Shown here piece after piece: positions 9,933 through 20,577 of a stretch of 64,000 bases of DNA. Source of the stretch: Candidatus Helarchaeota archaeon. Its GTDB lineage: Archaea; Asgardarchaeota; Lokiarchaeia; Helarchaeales; RDOG01. The stretch is taken from contig JAHPZH010000002.1 in assembly GCA_019058315.1 (NCBI GenBank), positions 1 through 64,000 of the forward strand, given 5' to 3'. The position numbers were made by a program, and so were the translations under genes. Numbering within the stretch: the stretch's first letter is position 1; the number at the start of each line of letters is the position of its first letter. The notes under the pieces were generated by a model. It did not search any database. It was not told the DNA's origin and saw only the letters and a program-made list of their open reading frames with translations.

Positions 9933-11609
9933 TTACCTCCTCATAGAGATCTCCTTAAAAATTAGGGGATCTGCTCGATCTACATAATTAATCAATTTTT
10001 GACTTAAACGGTCAGAGACTGGTTTAAAGAGTTTATTCAATCTTAAATAAATAGGTTCTGCAACGGGAAGAAGTTTTTTGATAATATTATTTCCGTTATC
10101 TGTAAAAAAATTTATTCTGGGTTCAAACCTTTTAATTAGCCTTTGTATAAACTTAGAAATGGAATCCATAATCCTCATTGAGACTCTAAAAAATAATTCA
10201 AATAACTTTGAGCTTTTTGACGATTTAATCTTGTACTTAATTTTGACAGAATCGTCAAAACTTTCATGTAACCAATTTTGAAAATACCTGAAATACATTT
10301 TTATCCATTTTGATAAGATTTTCACATCTTTCCTAATATATAAAAGAATAATCTTAAGCATTGGAGTCATGAAATGAGTAAGTGCACCAAGGCCCCAACC
10401 ATCATGAATATATTTTTTCAGTTTTTTTTCATTATGCTCTTCTTGAGCTATCCTTAAATTGTATCTATTTGTTCCGGAAATTGACCATTGAATTATAGGG
10501 TGTGCTTTTATCTTTTCATTATATTTTTTTAAAAATTTTTTTGAGGTATCATTAATTTTTATAGCTTCAATAGCCACATCAGCAGCGATTTCAGCAGAAA
10601 ACCAAGCTGCAGGAACTCCATCGCACAGTTCGGTACTTTCAAGTCCTGCAGCATCACCAATAAGAATCATGCCATCCGTAAAATTAGGCCTATTCCGTAA
10701 ATTTTTATCAAGTCCAACATATATTTCAAAACCTTCCCACAGTCTCGCTCGCAGTTTGATGTATGGGGCTACTTTATTTTTCCACCAAGACAGATTATTT
10801 GTAATATTTTTATGATAGACATTAAATAATTTATTCAAGTTTGGAATTTTCCCTTCATCTAAGCTCAGACATTGATCTTGCATAAAATGTATACTATTTC
10901 TGTAAGGCCAAACCATAAGACCGTTACCATGACCTAAAGGAGGTGCTATTTTCTGTTCATCCCAACCCCAACAAAATCTACTTGTATATCCAAAAATTCT
11001 ATCAATTGCTTTTTTTGGCATTATATAGTCATAAGTATCTGCCAATGATATCGTCTCAGGAGGATATTTATCTCGAATTCCTGCTTTTATAGCTAATAAA
11101 CCTTGAGATCCTTCAGCGTTAATTACTATTTTTGACTCAAATTTTTCTCCTTTATCTGTTATTACACCTCTAATAAAATTATCTTCTTTTAAAAAATCAA
11201 TAACAGTTGTAGAAGTTTTCAATTCTACACCAGCTTTGACCGCTTGTTTTGCTTCCCACTCGCAAAAGGGTTTACAATATGTATTGTAACCAAATGCAAT
11301 TATTGGGGAAAGAGGTTTTGGTAGAATTAATGAATCATCAATTTCTATTTCTTCTTTTTCTATATCTATAATTATAAAATTAACTATACCATCTGCAGGT
11401 CTCTCGAAAGGAGGATTGCCATCCCTTATAAAAGCTGGTCCAAACAAAAAACCATAAAAAGGAATAGTCAAACCTGAAATGACTTTATCACCTATATTTT
11501 CGGAACGTTCTATCATGAGTGTCCTCAAACCTGCTTCTGCGCATTTTTTTGCTGCAACAGGTCCTCCAAACCCTGCTCCCACTACTATTACATCATACTC
11601 TTTTGTCAT
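9933..11609 (-). CDS. FixC/geranylgeranyl-reductase family flavoprotein
   Basis: YDVIVVGAGFGG, LIGDAAG. Confidence 0.85.
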   Translation of the reverse strand: MTKEYDVIVVGAGFGGPVAAKKCAEAGLRTLMIERSENIGDKVISGLTIPFYGFLFGPAFIRDGNPPFERPADGIVNFIIIDIEKEEIEIDDSLILPKPLSPIIAFGYNTYCKPFCEWEAKQAVKAGVELKTSTTVIDFLKEDNFIRGVITDKGEKFESKIVINAEGSQGLLAIKAGIRDKYPPETISLADTYDYIMPKKAIDRIFGYTSRFCWGWDEQKIAPPLGHGNGLMVWPYRNSIHFMQDQCLSLDEGKIPNLNKLFNVYHKNITNNLSWWKNKVAPYIKLRARLWEGFEIYVGLDKNLRNRPNFTDGMILIGDAAGLESTELCDGVPAAWFSAEIAADVAIEAIKINDTSKKFLKKYNEKIKAHPIIQWSISGTNRYNLRIAQEEHNEKKLKKYIHDGWGLGALTHFMTPMLKIILLYIRKDVKILSKWIKMYFRYFQNWLHESFDDSVKIKYKIKSSKSSKLFELFFRVSMRIMDSISKFIQRLIKRFEPRINFFTDNGNNIIKKLLPVAEPIYLRLNKLFKPVSDRLSQKLINYVDRADPLIFKEISMRR

Positions 11610-11694
11610 TTTATACCCAATTATTCTATTCCATTACTTTTTATCTAATTAAAAATCATTTTAAGTTTATATTTTTTCTTTTATTGTGGTTAAT

Positions 11695-11970
11695 TTATCT
11701 GGTATAGTATTCTCTATGAATATCCGAGAATACAATTTCAAAATATATTCCACAATTATTGCACTTGTATTCACGGACGCGATCTTCATAACTCCAGCCA
11801 GCATCATCACCATAATCAGAGATAGATTTGTTATAGTAATGATAGATGAGTTTCGTGTTAGTACTACCGCACTCGATGCATATTTCAGGTATCTGTTTTC
11901 TAAGTGCCCTATCGCTTTTTGCATGCTTACGATTCTTGTATTTTTTCTTTTTTTCCCATTTCGTCATCAT
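11695..11970 (-). CDS. Small zinc-ribbon protein
   Basis: CIECG...CNNCG; basic N-terminus. Confidence 0.65.
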   Translation of the reverse strand: MMTKWEKKKKYKNRKHAKSDRALRKQIPEICIECGSTNTKLIYHYYNKSISDYGDDAGWSYEDRVREYKCNNCGIYFEIVFSDIHREYYTR

Positions 11971-12082
11971 TCTCGTCCATTTAAATTTATCAAAAACAAG
12001 ATAAAATGAAATGCAATCTGAATATTCTTATTATAATTCCAAATAATTAAAATTATTAATAGATTATTTTTATATCTACATA

Positions 12083-12484
12083 ATGTTAGACAAGATAAGG
12101 ACATTATTTTCTAAAAAATCAAGGTTAATTAAGAAATATCGACCTCTTCTTTATTATAAAAAAAGAAAACTTTCAATTAAAATTCCTTGTACAAGTGAAT
12201 TATTTACTTCCGAGTATAGAATTATTGTATATTCAATAGATTTATCCTTTCTTGGCGGTGAAAGGGAGATACAGCCCGATCCAATTAAAATCTTCCTTGA
12301 TTTATACACAAATCAGCTGAAAAAGGTCTGCACGAGATATCATTGGAATTTTTTAGGAAAAAAGTGTGCTGATATTTCAGAGCTAGAATTGAAAGGGACA
12401 CATCCAATTATATTTATTCCTGATAACATTTTTGAGAAATTCTTTCATGGTCTATTGCCTAAAAAACACAGAAAAAGATTCTGA
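12083..12484 (+). CDS. Hypothetical protein, possibly distant Vps62/NPP1-like fold
   Basis: KKYRPLLYY...PD..IFLD...TRYHW...GTHPIIFI...FHG pattern. Confidence 0.4.
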   Translation: MLDKIRTLFSKKSRLIKKYRPLLYYKKRKLSIKIPCTSELFTSEYRIIVYSIDLSFLGGEREIQPDPIKIFLDLYTNQLKKVCTRYHWNFLGKKCADISELELKGTHPIIFIPDNIFEKFFHGLLPKKHRKRF

Positions 12485-12570
12485 ATTTTAATTTATAAAG
12501 ACCTAAATCGCTTATTTAATAACCGAAATTATCATGGCTAAAATTTCGAATCAAATTAAATATTTATTGT

Positions 12571-13389
12571 TTATTTTGATTTAATTGCAGAAACAATCAA
12601 TGAAAAGGGGATTTTTTGATTGATGTTTATGAAACGATGGATAGCTTCGTTATCATAGTCAGTATCCTGATATGGAACTTTATTTTCTCCCAACTTTTCA
12701 ATTTGTGCTTCAGTATACCCAGGAGGTTCCAACACTCTTTCAATTGTTAGTCCTACGGAGATTATTCCATTAATAATCTCTTCGAAACGATAAGCAGTAT
12801 CCTCAAAGGTCGCAATTTTTGCCCCTTTTTCATCTTGCCAATCCCAAATCTTTCGCTTTTCGTCGAAATAATTATTTACTTTATCTATGGATCCTTCTTC
12901 TAATGCTTCCCAGAGCAAATGCATAATAGGATGCCCCATACAGGTCACGATTCGTCCATTCTTGCGTAAAACTCTAGCGACTTCACTAAAGACTCTTGGA
13001 AGATCTTCCACATAATTCATGGCATGAGATGAAACAATTAGGTCAAAAGATGCATCATCAAGCATAAATAAGTCTTCCATATTACCTTTCAAAAACCTAA
13101 TTTTAACACCTTGACTTTTGGCTAATTTTTTTGCATATTCCAACTGTTTTTTTGATTGATCAAGGGCAGTTACAGATTTGGCACCCCATTTTGCTAAAAC
13201 AATGGAATTCTGACCCCCACCACATCCCAATTCCAAGACATCAAGCCCTTCGACATCACCAATCACACGAAGCTCTTTTTCACCAGGTCCAAATGGGCCA
13301 TAATGAACATTTTCCAATGAAATCTTTTTATGAGTCTGATAAAATTCGCTTAGATGATCCCATGACTCTTCATTTTTCTTATTTGACAT
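12571..13389 (-). CDS. Class I SAM-dependent methyltransferase
   Basis: VLELGCGGG, SFDLIVS, ARVLRKNG. Confidence 0.92.
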   Translation of the reverse strand: MSNKKNEESWDHLSEFYQTHKKISLENVHYGPFGPGEKELRVIGDVEGLDVLELGCGGGQNSIVLAKWGAKSVTALDQSKKQLEYAKKLAKSQGVKIRFLKGNMEDLFMLDDASFDLIVSSHAMNYVEDLPRVFSEVARVLRKNGRIVTCMGHPIMHLLWEALEEGSIDKVNNYFDEKRKIWDWQDEKGAKIATFEDTAYRFEEIINGIISVGLTIERVLEPPGYTEAQIEKLGENKVPYQDTDYDNEAIHRFININQKIPFSLIVSAIKSK

Positions 13390-14019
13390 TCAAATCAACC
13401 CTCATTAAATGTTTGAATACTCATAAAGCGTAAACTAGCGATTAGTCTTTGTACTAGCCTATTTCATTAATGTTTTAATTACTAAATTCTTTGGCTAAAT
13501 AATTTTTGGGTAAATATGCTATCAAAAATTAAGAATGAATATATTTTTTTATCGATTTGATATCACAATTTAATTCATTAAAATTATAAATGGGTCCTCC
13601 CATCCCCCCGTTCCTTTCGTTTTATTTAATGATCTTTGTAAGAACTTCCCCTTAAACTAATTTCAACAAAAAAAGATGTGAACATAAAAATTTTATATTA
13701 TTTTTTAAAAATTTGGAAAAAAATTTTACATATGGTTCTCATTATTAAATGAAGGTTTCAACTTATTTAAGAGGAGAATCTGCTTTTTTCTCAATTTAAA
13801 TAATTATTTTTAAACTTATTAATCTCTAATTCTCTTCCCTCTGCAGTTTCTGCAGATTTTTATTAGTTTTATTACTTTACGAAATTTATTTTCTCTGATT
13901 CAACCTTTTAAATTAAGGAAATCCATTAATAGAAAAAAAATATTGTGTAATTGTGGTGTGAAAAAATCGATATGGAATAATACCAAGAGGATTAAAATAA
14001 AGGTTAATGTAGATAGTGA

Positions 14020-16326
14020 TTGAGAATAATGAAGAAGAAAAAAATTAAAGTCAAAGATATATTGGTTGTTGGGGTTGGGATTGTCGGTTGCGAAACTGCA
14101 TTAGAACTAGCAGATGCAGGTTTCAATGTATTTTTAATGGAGAAAAACCCTCCAATTAATGGAACCAGCAAACTATCGGATAAAAACTTGCCGACATACG
14201 ACTGTGAATATTGCTTGCTTGCTCCCAAACTCGTAGGGCAAGATAAACACCCAAATATTAAACTGATGACAAATGCGGATATTATAAAGCTAGAAGGAAA
14301 ACCTGGAAAATTTAAAGCTTCAATTAAAAAAAGAAAAAACAAGGTTGAAAGAGTTCAGCAATGTCCTAGTCAAATTCCTGATAAATTTATTGATATATTA
14401 AAAGATAAGAAGATTGGATATCTAGAATTTCCTCAAACTGAACCATTGAAGTTATTGATAAAAAAAAGAAAGATACCTCCTTGTGAAAATGCATGCCCAG
14501 CTCATGTGAAAAGCCAAGAATATGTTGATTTAATCCGCAAAGGAAAATATCAAGAAGCTTTAGATCTTATTCGAGAAAGATGCCCCCTTCCTTCAGTTAT
14601 CGGTCGTGTTTGTCCTCACCCCTGTGAAGAGGTATGCAATAGAAGGGAAGTGGATGAGCCTATCAATATTTGTGGACTTAAAATGTTCGTAGCTGATTAT
14701 GTTAGGAATAATCTTGATGAAAAAATCATGTTTTTAGAAGATAAGAAAGAAAAAAAAGTTGCTGTTGTAGGATCAGGTCCATCCGGGCTTACTGTTGCGT
14801 ATCATCTAGCAAGACGTGGATATCTGGTAACGATTTTTGAAAGAGAATCTGTTGCTGGTGGTATGCTTAGATTAGGCATTCCCAATTATAGATTACCACC
14901 AAACATCCTAAATGCAGATATCCAACACATTAAGAATTACGGTGTAAAAATAAAGACAAATTCACCAATAGGTCCACCAGGTCCCACTATAAAAAACTTA
15001 CTAAAGAATTACGATGCCGTCTACATTGGTGTAGGATTACCTGTTAGCAGGAAGCTAAATATCGAAGGGGAAGACTTAGATAACATTGTTTATGGAATAG
15101 ATTTTCTTAAAAAATGTAGCTTAGGTGAAGAATTCACAGTAGGTAAAAACGTTCTGGTAATTGGCGGTGGAGATGTGGCAGTAGATGTGGCTAGAACTGC
15201 AGTAAGAAAAGGAGCAAATGAAGTTCAAATGGTAATGCTAGAATCGGAAGACATTATCCCTGCCCATCCCTGGGAAGTGGAAGAAGCAAAGGAAGAAGGA
15301 ATAATATTCCATGTTAGCAGAGGTCCTAAAAGGTTCATTGGGGAAAATGGTAAGGTTATTGGTCTCGAAACTCTCTTTTGTAGCTCTGTGTTTGATGATG
15401 AAGGGAGATTCAGTCCTGTTCTTGAAACATGTTCAGAAAAAATAATCGATGCCGATATGGTGATAGTCACCATTGGCCAAACTTCTGACTTGGCATTTCT
15501 TGATAAAGATATTAAGGTAGGTAGGGGCATTGAGATTAATAGGAAGAATTTTCAGACGTCCATAGCTGGTGTTTTTGCTGGAGGAGAGATTGTGACTGGA
15601 CCTGGTGCTGCAATAAATGCAATAGCAATGGGAAATAAAGCAGCAATTGTCATTGATAGGTACTTGAAGGGTGATGATATATCAACCATCTCCGAAACAA
15701 TCCCTGATTATAAGGATGACGAAATAGTAACTATAGATGATATTTTGGGCTTGGATCGGATCGAACATAAAGCCAGAAAGAATAATAAATTTATTTTACC
15801 CAAGGAACGAATTAAAAACTTTAAAGAATTCACATTAGGAATGGAGGAGAATGAAGCTATTGAAGAAGCAGAACGCTGTCTAAGCTGTGGAATTTGCACA
15901 GAATGTTTTGAATACGTGAAAAGCTGTGTAGCTGATGTTATCGCAAATGAAGAAATCGATGAAAAAATCGAAGATCTCATTACAATCAATATTGGAGCGG
16001 TGATATTGTCTCCTGGAGCGTGGCTTTCTTGTTTTGCTCTTCGAAGAGGGACGGATTACAGGTGGGAAATCATAAACCCCATTGCAGAGGTTAATGAGGA
16101 GAAATGTATTGGTTGTGGGAGTTGTGTAGAAATTTGTCCATTTAATGCAATTTCTATTAAAATTACACAAATGCAATTGGTTGAATATGTTATAGACCAA
16201 CGTCAAGCTAAAATTGATCCCATTCAATGTAAAGGATGTGGCAAATGTGTTCCAAGATGTCCAGTTCAAGCAATATCCCAAAAACATATTACAAAAGAGC
16301 AAGTTGAAAGAGCTATGCTGTCCTAA
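14020..16326 (+). CDS. HdrA-related protein with GltD/NfnB-like NAD(P)H module and C-terminal ferredoxin (short HdrL-like)
   Basis: N-terminal VVGVGIVG and PTYDCEYCLLAPKL; CENACP, RVCPHPCEEVCNR, VVGSGPSG, IGGGDVAVD, EAERCLSC; C-terminal 2x CxxCxxCxxxCP. Confidence 0.8.
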   Translation: MRIMKKKKIKVKDILVVGVGIVGCETALELADAGFNVFLMEKNPPINGTSKLSDKNLPTYDCEYCLLAPKLVGQDKHPNIKLMTNADIIKLEGKPGKFKASIKKRKNKVERVQQCPSQIPDKFIDILKDKKIGYLEFPQTEPLKLLIKKRKIPPCENACPAHVKSQEYVDLIRKGKYQEALDLIRERCPLPSVIGRVCPHPCEEVCNRREVDEPINICGLKMFVADYVRNNLDEKIMFLEDKKEKKVAVVGSGPSGLTVAYHLARRGYLVTIFERESVAGGMLRLGIPNYRLPPNILNADIQHIKNYGVKIKTNSPIGPPGPTIKNLLKNYDAVYIGVGLPVSRKLNIEGEDLDNIVYGIDFLKKCSLGEEFTVGKNVLVIGGGDVAVDVARTAVRKGANEVQMVMLESEDIIPAHPWEVEEAKEEGIIFHVSRGPKRFIGENGKVIGLETLFCSSVFDDEGRFSPVLETCSEKIIDADMVIVTIGQTSDLAFLDKDIKVGRGIEINRKNFQTSIAGVFAGGEIVTGPGAAINAIAMGNKAAIVIDRYLKGDDISTISETIPDYKDDEIVTIDDILGLDRIEHKARKNNKFILPKERIKNFKEFTLGMEENEAIEEAERCLSCGICTECFEYVKSCVADVIANEEIDEKIEDLITINIGAVILSPGAWLSCFALRRGTDYRWEIINPIAEVNEEKCIGCGSCVEICPFNAISIKITQMQLVEYVIDQRQAKIDPIQCKGCGKCVPRCPVQAISQKHITKEQVERAMLS

Positions 16327-16405
16327 ATATCATAAATACTAGCTAAATTGTATCTAACAAATCTTTTCAAAAAAATATTTTAAATTATTTCTTATCAATA
16401 TTTTT

Positions 16406-16936
16406 ATGGTTTATAAAAAATTAATTTTTACTAACTATCGTAAATTTACAAAAGATAGTAAGATGACCGCAGTTGAAAGGGAACAGATAGACTCACTCGT
16501 CGCATATTCCGATAATACAGAAGAAATTGTCGAATTAGTGGATGTTGTTGATGAGAGTGGTAAGGTTCTTTACCAGTTCTATTTCTGGGACTATGGTTGT
16601 TCACGAATACTTGCTGCTGGAACGACCAATGAAATTGGTTATACATCTCAACATTCAATAGATGGTTGTGACGATCCAGATTTGTGGTTAGCACTTGGTG
16701 AGGCATATAAAAACGCAGATCCACCTATAGAACAAAGCATTGATTTTGAGATAGAGGATGAGGAATATTTCGAATTTGCTTGTGACTATGCAGTCAGTGA
16801 AAGACCAGAAGTGGCAATAAAATACTTAAAAAAAGCAATTGAGATAGACCCTGAACTAAAGGAAGAATTAAAAGAACTAGAGGAGTTTGATTCAATGCGT
16901 TCGATGAAGGAATTTAAAGAATTAATTGAAGATTAA
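16406..16936 (+). CDS. Acidic hypothetical protein with C-terminal TPR-like motif
   Basis: FEFACDYA...AIKYLKKAIEIDP...EFDSMRS...FKELI; real start probably M20 (MTAVERE). Confidence 0.7.
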   Translation: MVYKKLIFTNYRKFTKDSKMTAVEREQIDSLVAYSDNTEEIVELVDVVDESGKVLYQFYFWDYGCSRILAAGTTNEIGYTSQHSIDGCDDPDLWLALGEAYKNADPPIEQSIDFEIEDEEYFEFACDYAVSERPEVAIKYLKKAIEIDPELKEELKELEEFDSMRSMKEFKELIED

Positions 16937-16960
16937 AGGTCTTTAATTAGGAAGGGCGAT

Positions 16961-18571
16961 TTAATCTTTCAACATTAATCTTACAAACTGTTCAGGAGGA
17001 GAGTCTTCTTCTTTCATCACTTGGATTAGTTTTTTAATCATCTTATCTTCCATTTCTTTTCCTTCTGGCGTTCCTGCAAGATTATTTTGAAAATTTGGGT
17101 CTTTTTTACGGTCAAAGAGATAATTTTGTTTGCATTCTTTAGCGGGAGCCTTTCCAGCGAAGTAAAATGATGGTAGTGGTATTTTCCATTGTGGTATTTT
17201 AACACCTGGGATAAATAATCCCGATTCCACATTTTCATACATACTGCCTAACAATTTTTCATACTGTTCAAATTCTATTTTTATTCCATACCGTTCAGAT
17301 ATTCCACTTATTACAGAAGGGGATAATGATAATGGAAACACAGAAGTATATACATTAATAGGTTTACGCGGATTAAATCCCCTAATATAAGTGGCATCCC
17401 AAGTAGTTAAATTTACCCCTTCACCAAAAGTTCCATAAAGAATATGGTCTCTTATGGTCTGTACTTCATCTTTAAGAACTGGTATTAAAGATTTTCCATC
17501 GACCATTTGATATTTACCCCCATCAGCACCTAATACATCTAAAATCGTGGCTCTTATATCTACTATCGTCGAAAACGTTGAATTTATTCTTTTATTTCCT
17601 TTTATTTCAGGATGATATATTATTAAAGGAATATTAGCGACATCTTCGAATATAGGATGTTCTTTTCCATATTGTTGCATTATTTTTCCTGGTTCTGCTA
17701 TTGCGTGTCCATGATCTGTTGTTAGAATTACCATCGTATTTTTCCAGAGATTATATTCATCCATTTTTTCAAAAACTCTTCCCACCCATCTATCAACCAT
17801 CGTAACTTTCCCGCAGTATTGGTTTTTAATGAATTCTAATTGTTTATCCGATGCTCCTTCAATGAATTTTTTCAACTCTCTATTACTTTGGTAAGGAGGC
17901 CAGCAAGTAAAGTCCTCGTTATAAGGACCGTACATTGATCTATATGGCTCTGGAACATAAAAAGGCTCATGGGGGTCAAAACTTTCAATATGTAAAAAGA
18001 ATTTTTCATGTGAATGATTCTTGTCCAACCAATCACATGCAGCTTGCATAACTTTTGGGGAATGAAAATCCTTTTCTTCTTTAAAATGTTTTACATTTCG
18101 ATAATAATGAATTGCTATATTTTCCGGTTTTCTCCACTTTAAATATGCTTTAACCCATTTAGGGTATTCGTTTGGATCCTCAAGCGGTTCAGTATTAGCA
18201 GGGTCATATTCATGACCCCGCATAAGCTTCGTATACATATAATTTTCATGATATCCATGAATAATCGGTTCCCAATAATGATAATGATCTGTAATTAGTG
18301 CTGTAACAGCACCTAAATTCTTTGCTTCAATTGGTAATAATCGATCAAATGGTTCTACTGGTCCCCAAAATTTCCATAAAAATTCATTTTTTCTACCAGA
18401 AAAAAGTTCTCTTCTTGCAGGTAGACATGGTGCTGAACAAAGAAAATGATGATCAAAAACTACTCCTTTTTTAGCGAGTTTTTCCATATTATTTGTTTCA
18501 ACTCGCTTATTTCCGTAAGGACTTATATAAGATTTGTTTAAACTATCAAGAAGGAGTAAGATTACATTCAT
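16961..18571 (-). CDS. Sulfatase family protein
   Basis: ILLLLDSL, CLPAR, FDPHEP, TDHGH. Confidence 0.92.
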   Translation of the reverse strand: MNVILLLLDSLNKSYISPYGNKRVETNNMEKLAKKGVVFDHHFLCSAPCLPARRELFSGRKNEFLWKFWGPVEPFDRLLPIEAKNLGAVTALITDHYHYWEPIIHGYHENYMYTKLMRGHEYDPANTEPLEDPNEYPKWVKAYLKWRKPENIAIHYYRNVKHFKEEKDFHSPKVMQAACDWLDKNHSHEKFFLHIESFDPHEPFYVPEPYRSMYGPYNEDFTCWPPYQSNRELKKFIEGASDKQLEFIKNQYCGKVTMVDRWVGRVFEKMDEYNLWKNTMVILTTDHGHAIAEPGKIMQQYGKEHPIFEDVANIPLIIYHPEIKGNKRINSTFSTIVDIRATILDVLGADGGKYQMVDGKSLIPVLKDEVQTIRDHILYGTFGEGVNLTTWDATYIRGFNPRKPINVYTSVFPLSLSPSVISGISERYGIKIEFEQYEKLLGSMYENVESGLFIPGVKIPQWKIPLPSFYFAGKAPAKECKQNYLFDRKKDPNFQNNLAGTPEGKEMEDKMIKKLIQVMKEEDSPPEQFVRLMLKD

Positions 18572-18615
18572 ATTTTTGATATTACTTTCTATTAAAAAAA
18601 ATCTTTTTATATTAA

Positions 18616-19782
18616 TTAATCAAATAAAAAATCCATAAATTCATCATAAACAATATTATTTATTGTAATAGACCTTTTCTTATCACAATCTAAGCACTGA
18701 AGAGTAATTTTTGTTTTTCTAAGTTTACCATAAGATCCCATATCTATTTTTGGTTCTATTTTCCAGATTCTTTGGTTTGGTGACCAACAATATTTGCATA
18801 TTTTTATCCCTGATAATATATCATTAATCCATTGTGATTTTTCTTTTTCAGGAAGACTAATCTTAAATTGGTGTTCTCCTTTACAAAATAAAACCGCCTG
18901 AATTTCGTGAGGATGTAGTTGTATCTGTTCCAAGAGAGCATCTAAATCGCAAGCAGGGCAAGTTAAAGAGCCCTTTCCAGTAGGTGAAATTTCCTTTTCT
19001 TTTAGTATTCTACGATAAATTTCGTAAAGTCCTTGTTGCATTGGAGTGACATTTTCATATCCGCAATAGTTACATATAGTTACAATTATTCTCCTATTTA
19101 AATATCCAGTAGAAAATCCTTGTCTATATTTAAAATCAGTTTTTTTTAGGAAGACATCTAATGATTTGCATTTTTTACATATATTTATTGCCCCAGGAAT
19201 AAGACTCAACCAAGTATACTGTTCATTTAGAGGGAATTTATATTTTATTTTGTGAGTAGGATTCCCAAAACATTTGCATTCAATAAACCCTTCTCCATTT
19301 TTTATCATGACGCTATTTATAAATATTTTATTATTACAATGTATACAGTTTAAGATATCTTCATATTTTTCAATTATCTCTGGAGTTTCCTGAGATTTTA
19401 AGTAATTAAAGTAAGAGTTATAATAAAACATATTTAAAATATTATTGAACTCCAGTTTTGTAGTTTTTTTACAAACTTTACACCTTTTTTTCAAAGTTAA
19501 ATATGCATTAAATCCCATCCCATAACTAATTATGTCCTCAATTCCCTTATAATCCGGATAGGTGGCTTGACATTCAGGACATGTTAATGTACTTTCAAAA
19601 AGGCTATCTAAGTAAGAACTCATCTCAACTTCTGCGATTTTCAATTTTGATTTATGTTTTAAGCATTTTTGCGTGATGAGAAACCTAACTTCATTAGGTT
19701 GGTGTTCAATTTTAATAGGAATGGCTCTCTGATCGCATTTAGGACAAATAAATTCATTAATTGACAAATTTTTTAACTCCAA
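18616..19782 (-). CDS. Protein of three tandem double-zinc-ribbon repeats
   Basis: 3 x (CxxC..Cx2-5H..CxxC..CxxC), ~130 aa each. Confidence 0.75.
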   Translation of the reverse strand: MELKNLSINEFICPKCDQRAIPIKIEHQPNEVRFLITQKCLKHKSKLKIAEVEMSSYLDSLFESTLTCPECQATYPDYKGIEDIISYGMGFNAYLTLKKRCKVCKKTTKLEFNNILNMFYYNSYFNYLKSQETPEIIEKYEDILNCIHCNNKIFINSVMIKNGEGFIECKCFGNPTHKIKYKFPLNEQYTWLSLIPGAINICKKCKSLDVFLKKTDFKYRQGFSTGYLNRRIIVTICNYCGYENVTPMQQGLYEIYRRILKEKEISPTGKGSLTCPACDLDALLEQIQLHPHEIQAVLFCKGEHQFKISLPEKEKSQWINDILSGIKICKYCWSPNQRIWKIEPKIDMGSYGKLRKTKITLQCLDCDKKRSITINNIVYDEFMDFLFD

Positions 19783-19823
19783 TTATATTGCTATTTAATC
19801 CTACATTTTTTTAATAATCCTTT

Positions 19824-20465
19824 TTAGAAATTATACCAATAAGAAATTTTTAATGTAATAGCAGTAATTACAGCAACTCCTATAATTAGAAAAAAAACTA
19901 TGAAAAATGAAGTAAGATCCATATAAGAACTAAATTTCCATAAGTAAGATATCAAAAAAGCCTCACAAATTAAAGGTAAATAAATTTTAAAAGCAAGTGT
20001 AAGATTTTCTCGTGCATAATGGAGTATTAGAATTAATGTATTTACAAATATTAAAATCCATATAACTGAAAAAAGTCCCACCTCATTAGGTATCCAAAAT
20101 ATCCATAATGAAATTAAAAAAGAATGGTAGCTTTCGATTATTGTAATAATACCCAATCTCAATTCATCTGAAAGAAAAACTTCGGAGACACTCTCATAAG
20201 CTCCTATTTTTTTTGCTTTACGAATATAAATTCCTTCGAAAATGGGTATTAGACATCCAATTGCTATCCATGAACTAATATAAAAATTCCAGTTAGAATA
20301 TAATTGAGGGAGATATCCAAAAGTTTGTAATGCAATGACCAATAATATGCCAAAATAGAATATAATTTCGTTGTAGAATTTATAATACGCCCAAATAAAA
20401 TAGATGATGAATATTATTGCCCAAGATGTTATTAATATTAATAAAGTGATTGAATTAATATCCAC
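19824..20465 (-). CDS. Multi-pass membrane protein
   Basis: About 7 hydrophobic segments. Confidence 0.7.
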   Translation of the reverse strand: MDINSITLLILITSWAIIFIIYFIWAYYKFYNEIIFYFGILLVIALQTFGYLPQLYSNWNFYISSWIAIGCLIPIFEGIYIRKAKKIGAYESVSEVFLSDELRLGIITIIESYHSFLISLWIFWIPNEVGLFSVIWILIFVNTLILILHYARENLTLAFKIYLPLICEAFLISYLWKFSSYMDLTSFFIVFFLIIGVAVITAITLKISYWYNF

Positions 20466-20577
20466 TCAAACCCATACCTTAAATTAAAGTATTTGTAAAT
20501 TATAATATCTTTACAATTAATTGCTTAATAAAAGTGATTAAACCTTAAATAAAAATGATTAGAATGAGGTAAAAATA

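Noticed and set aside
11667-12009. Overlapping ORFs 11667..11924 and 11686..12009
   Set aside because: The frame 11695..11970 with paired CxxC motifs is the more credible gene.
14020-16400. Selenoprotein/SECIS at the HdrA-like gene
   Set aside because: No in-frame TGA; the Cys motifs are encoded as Cys; no convincing SECIS seen.
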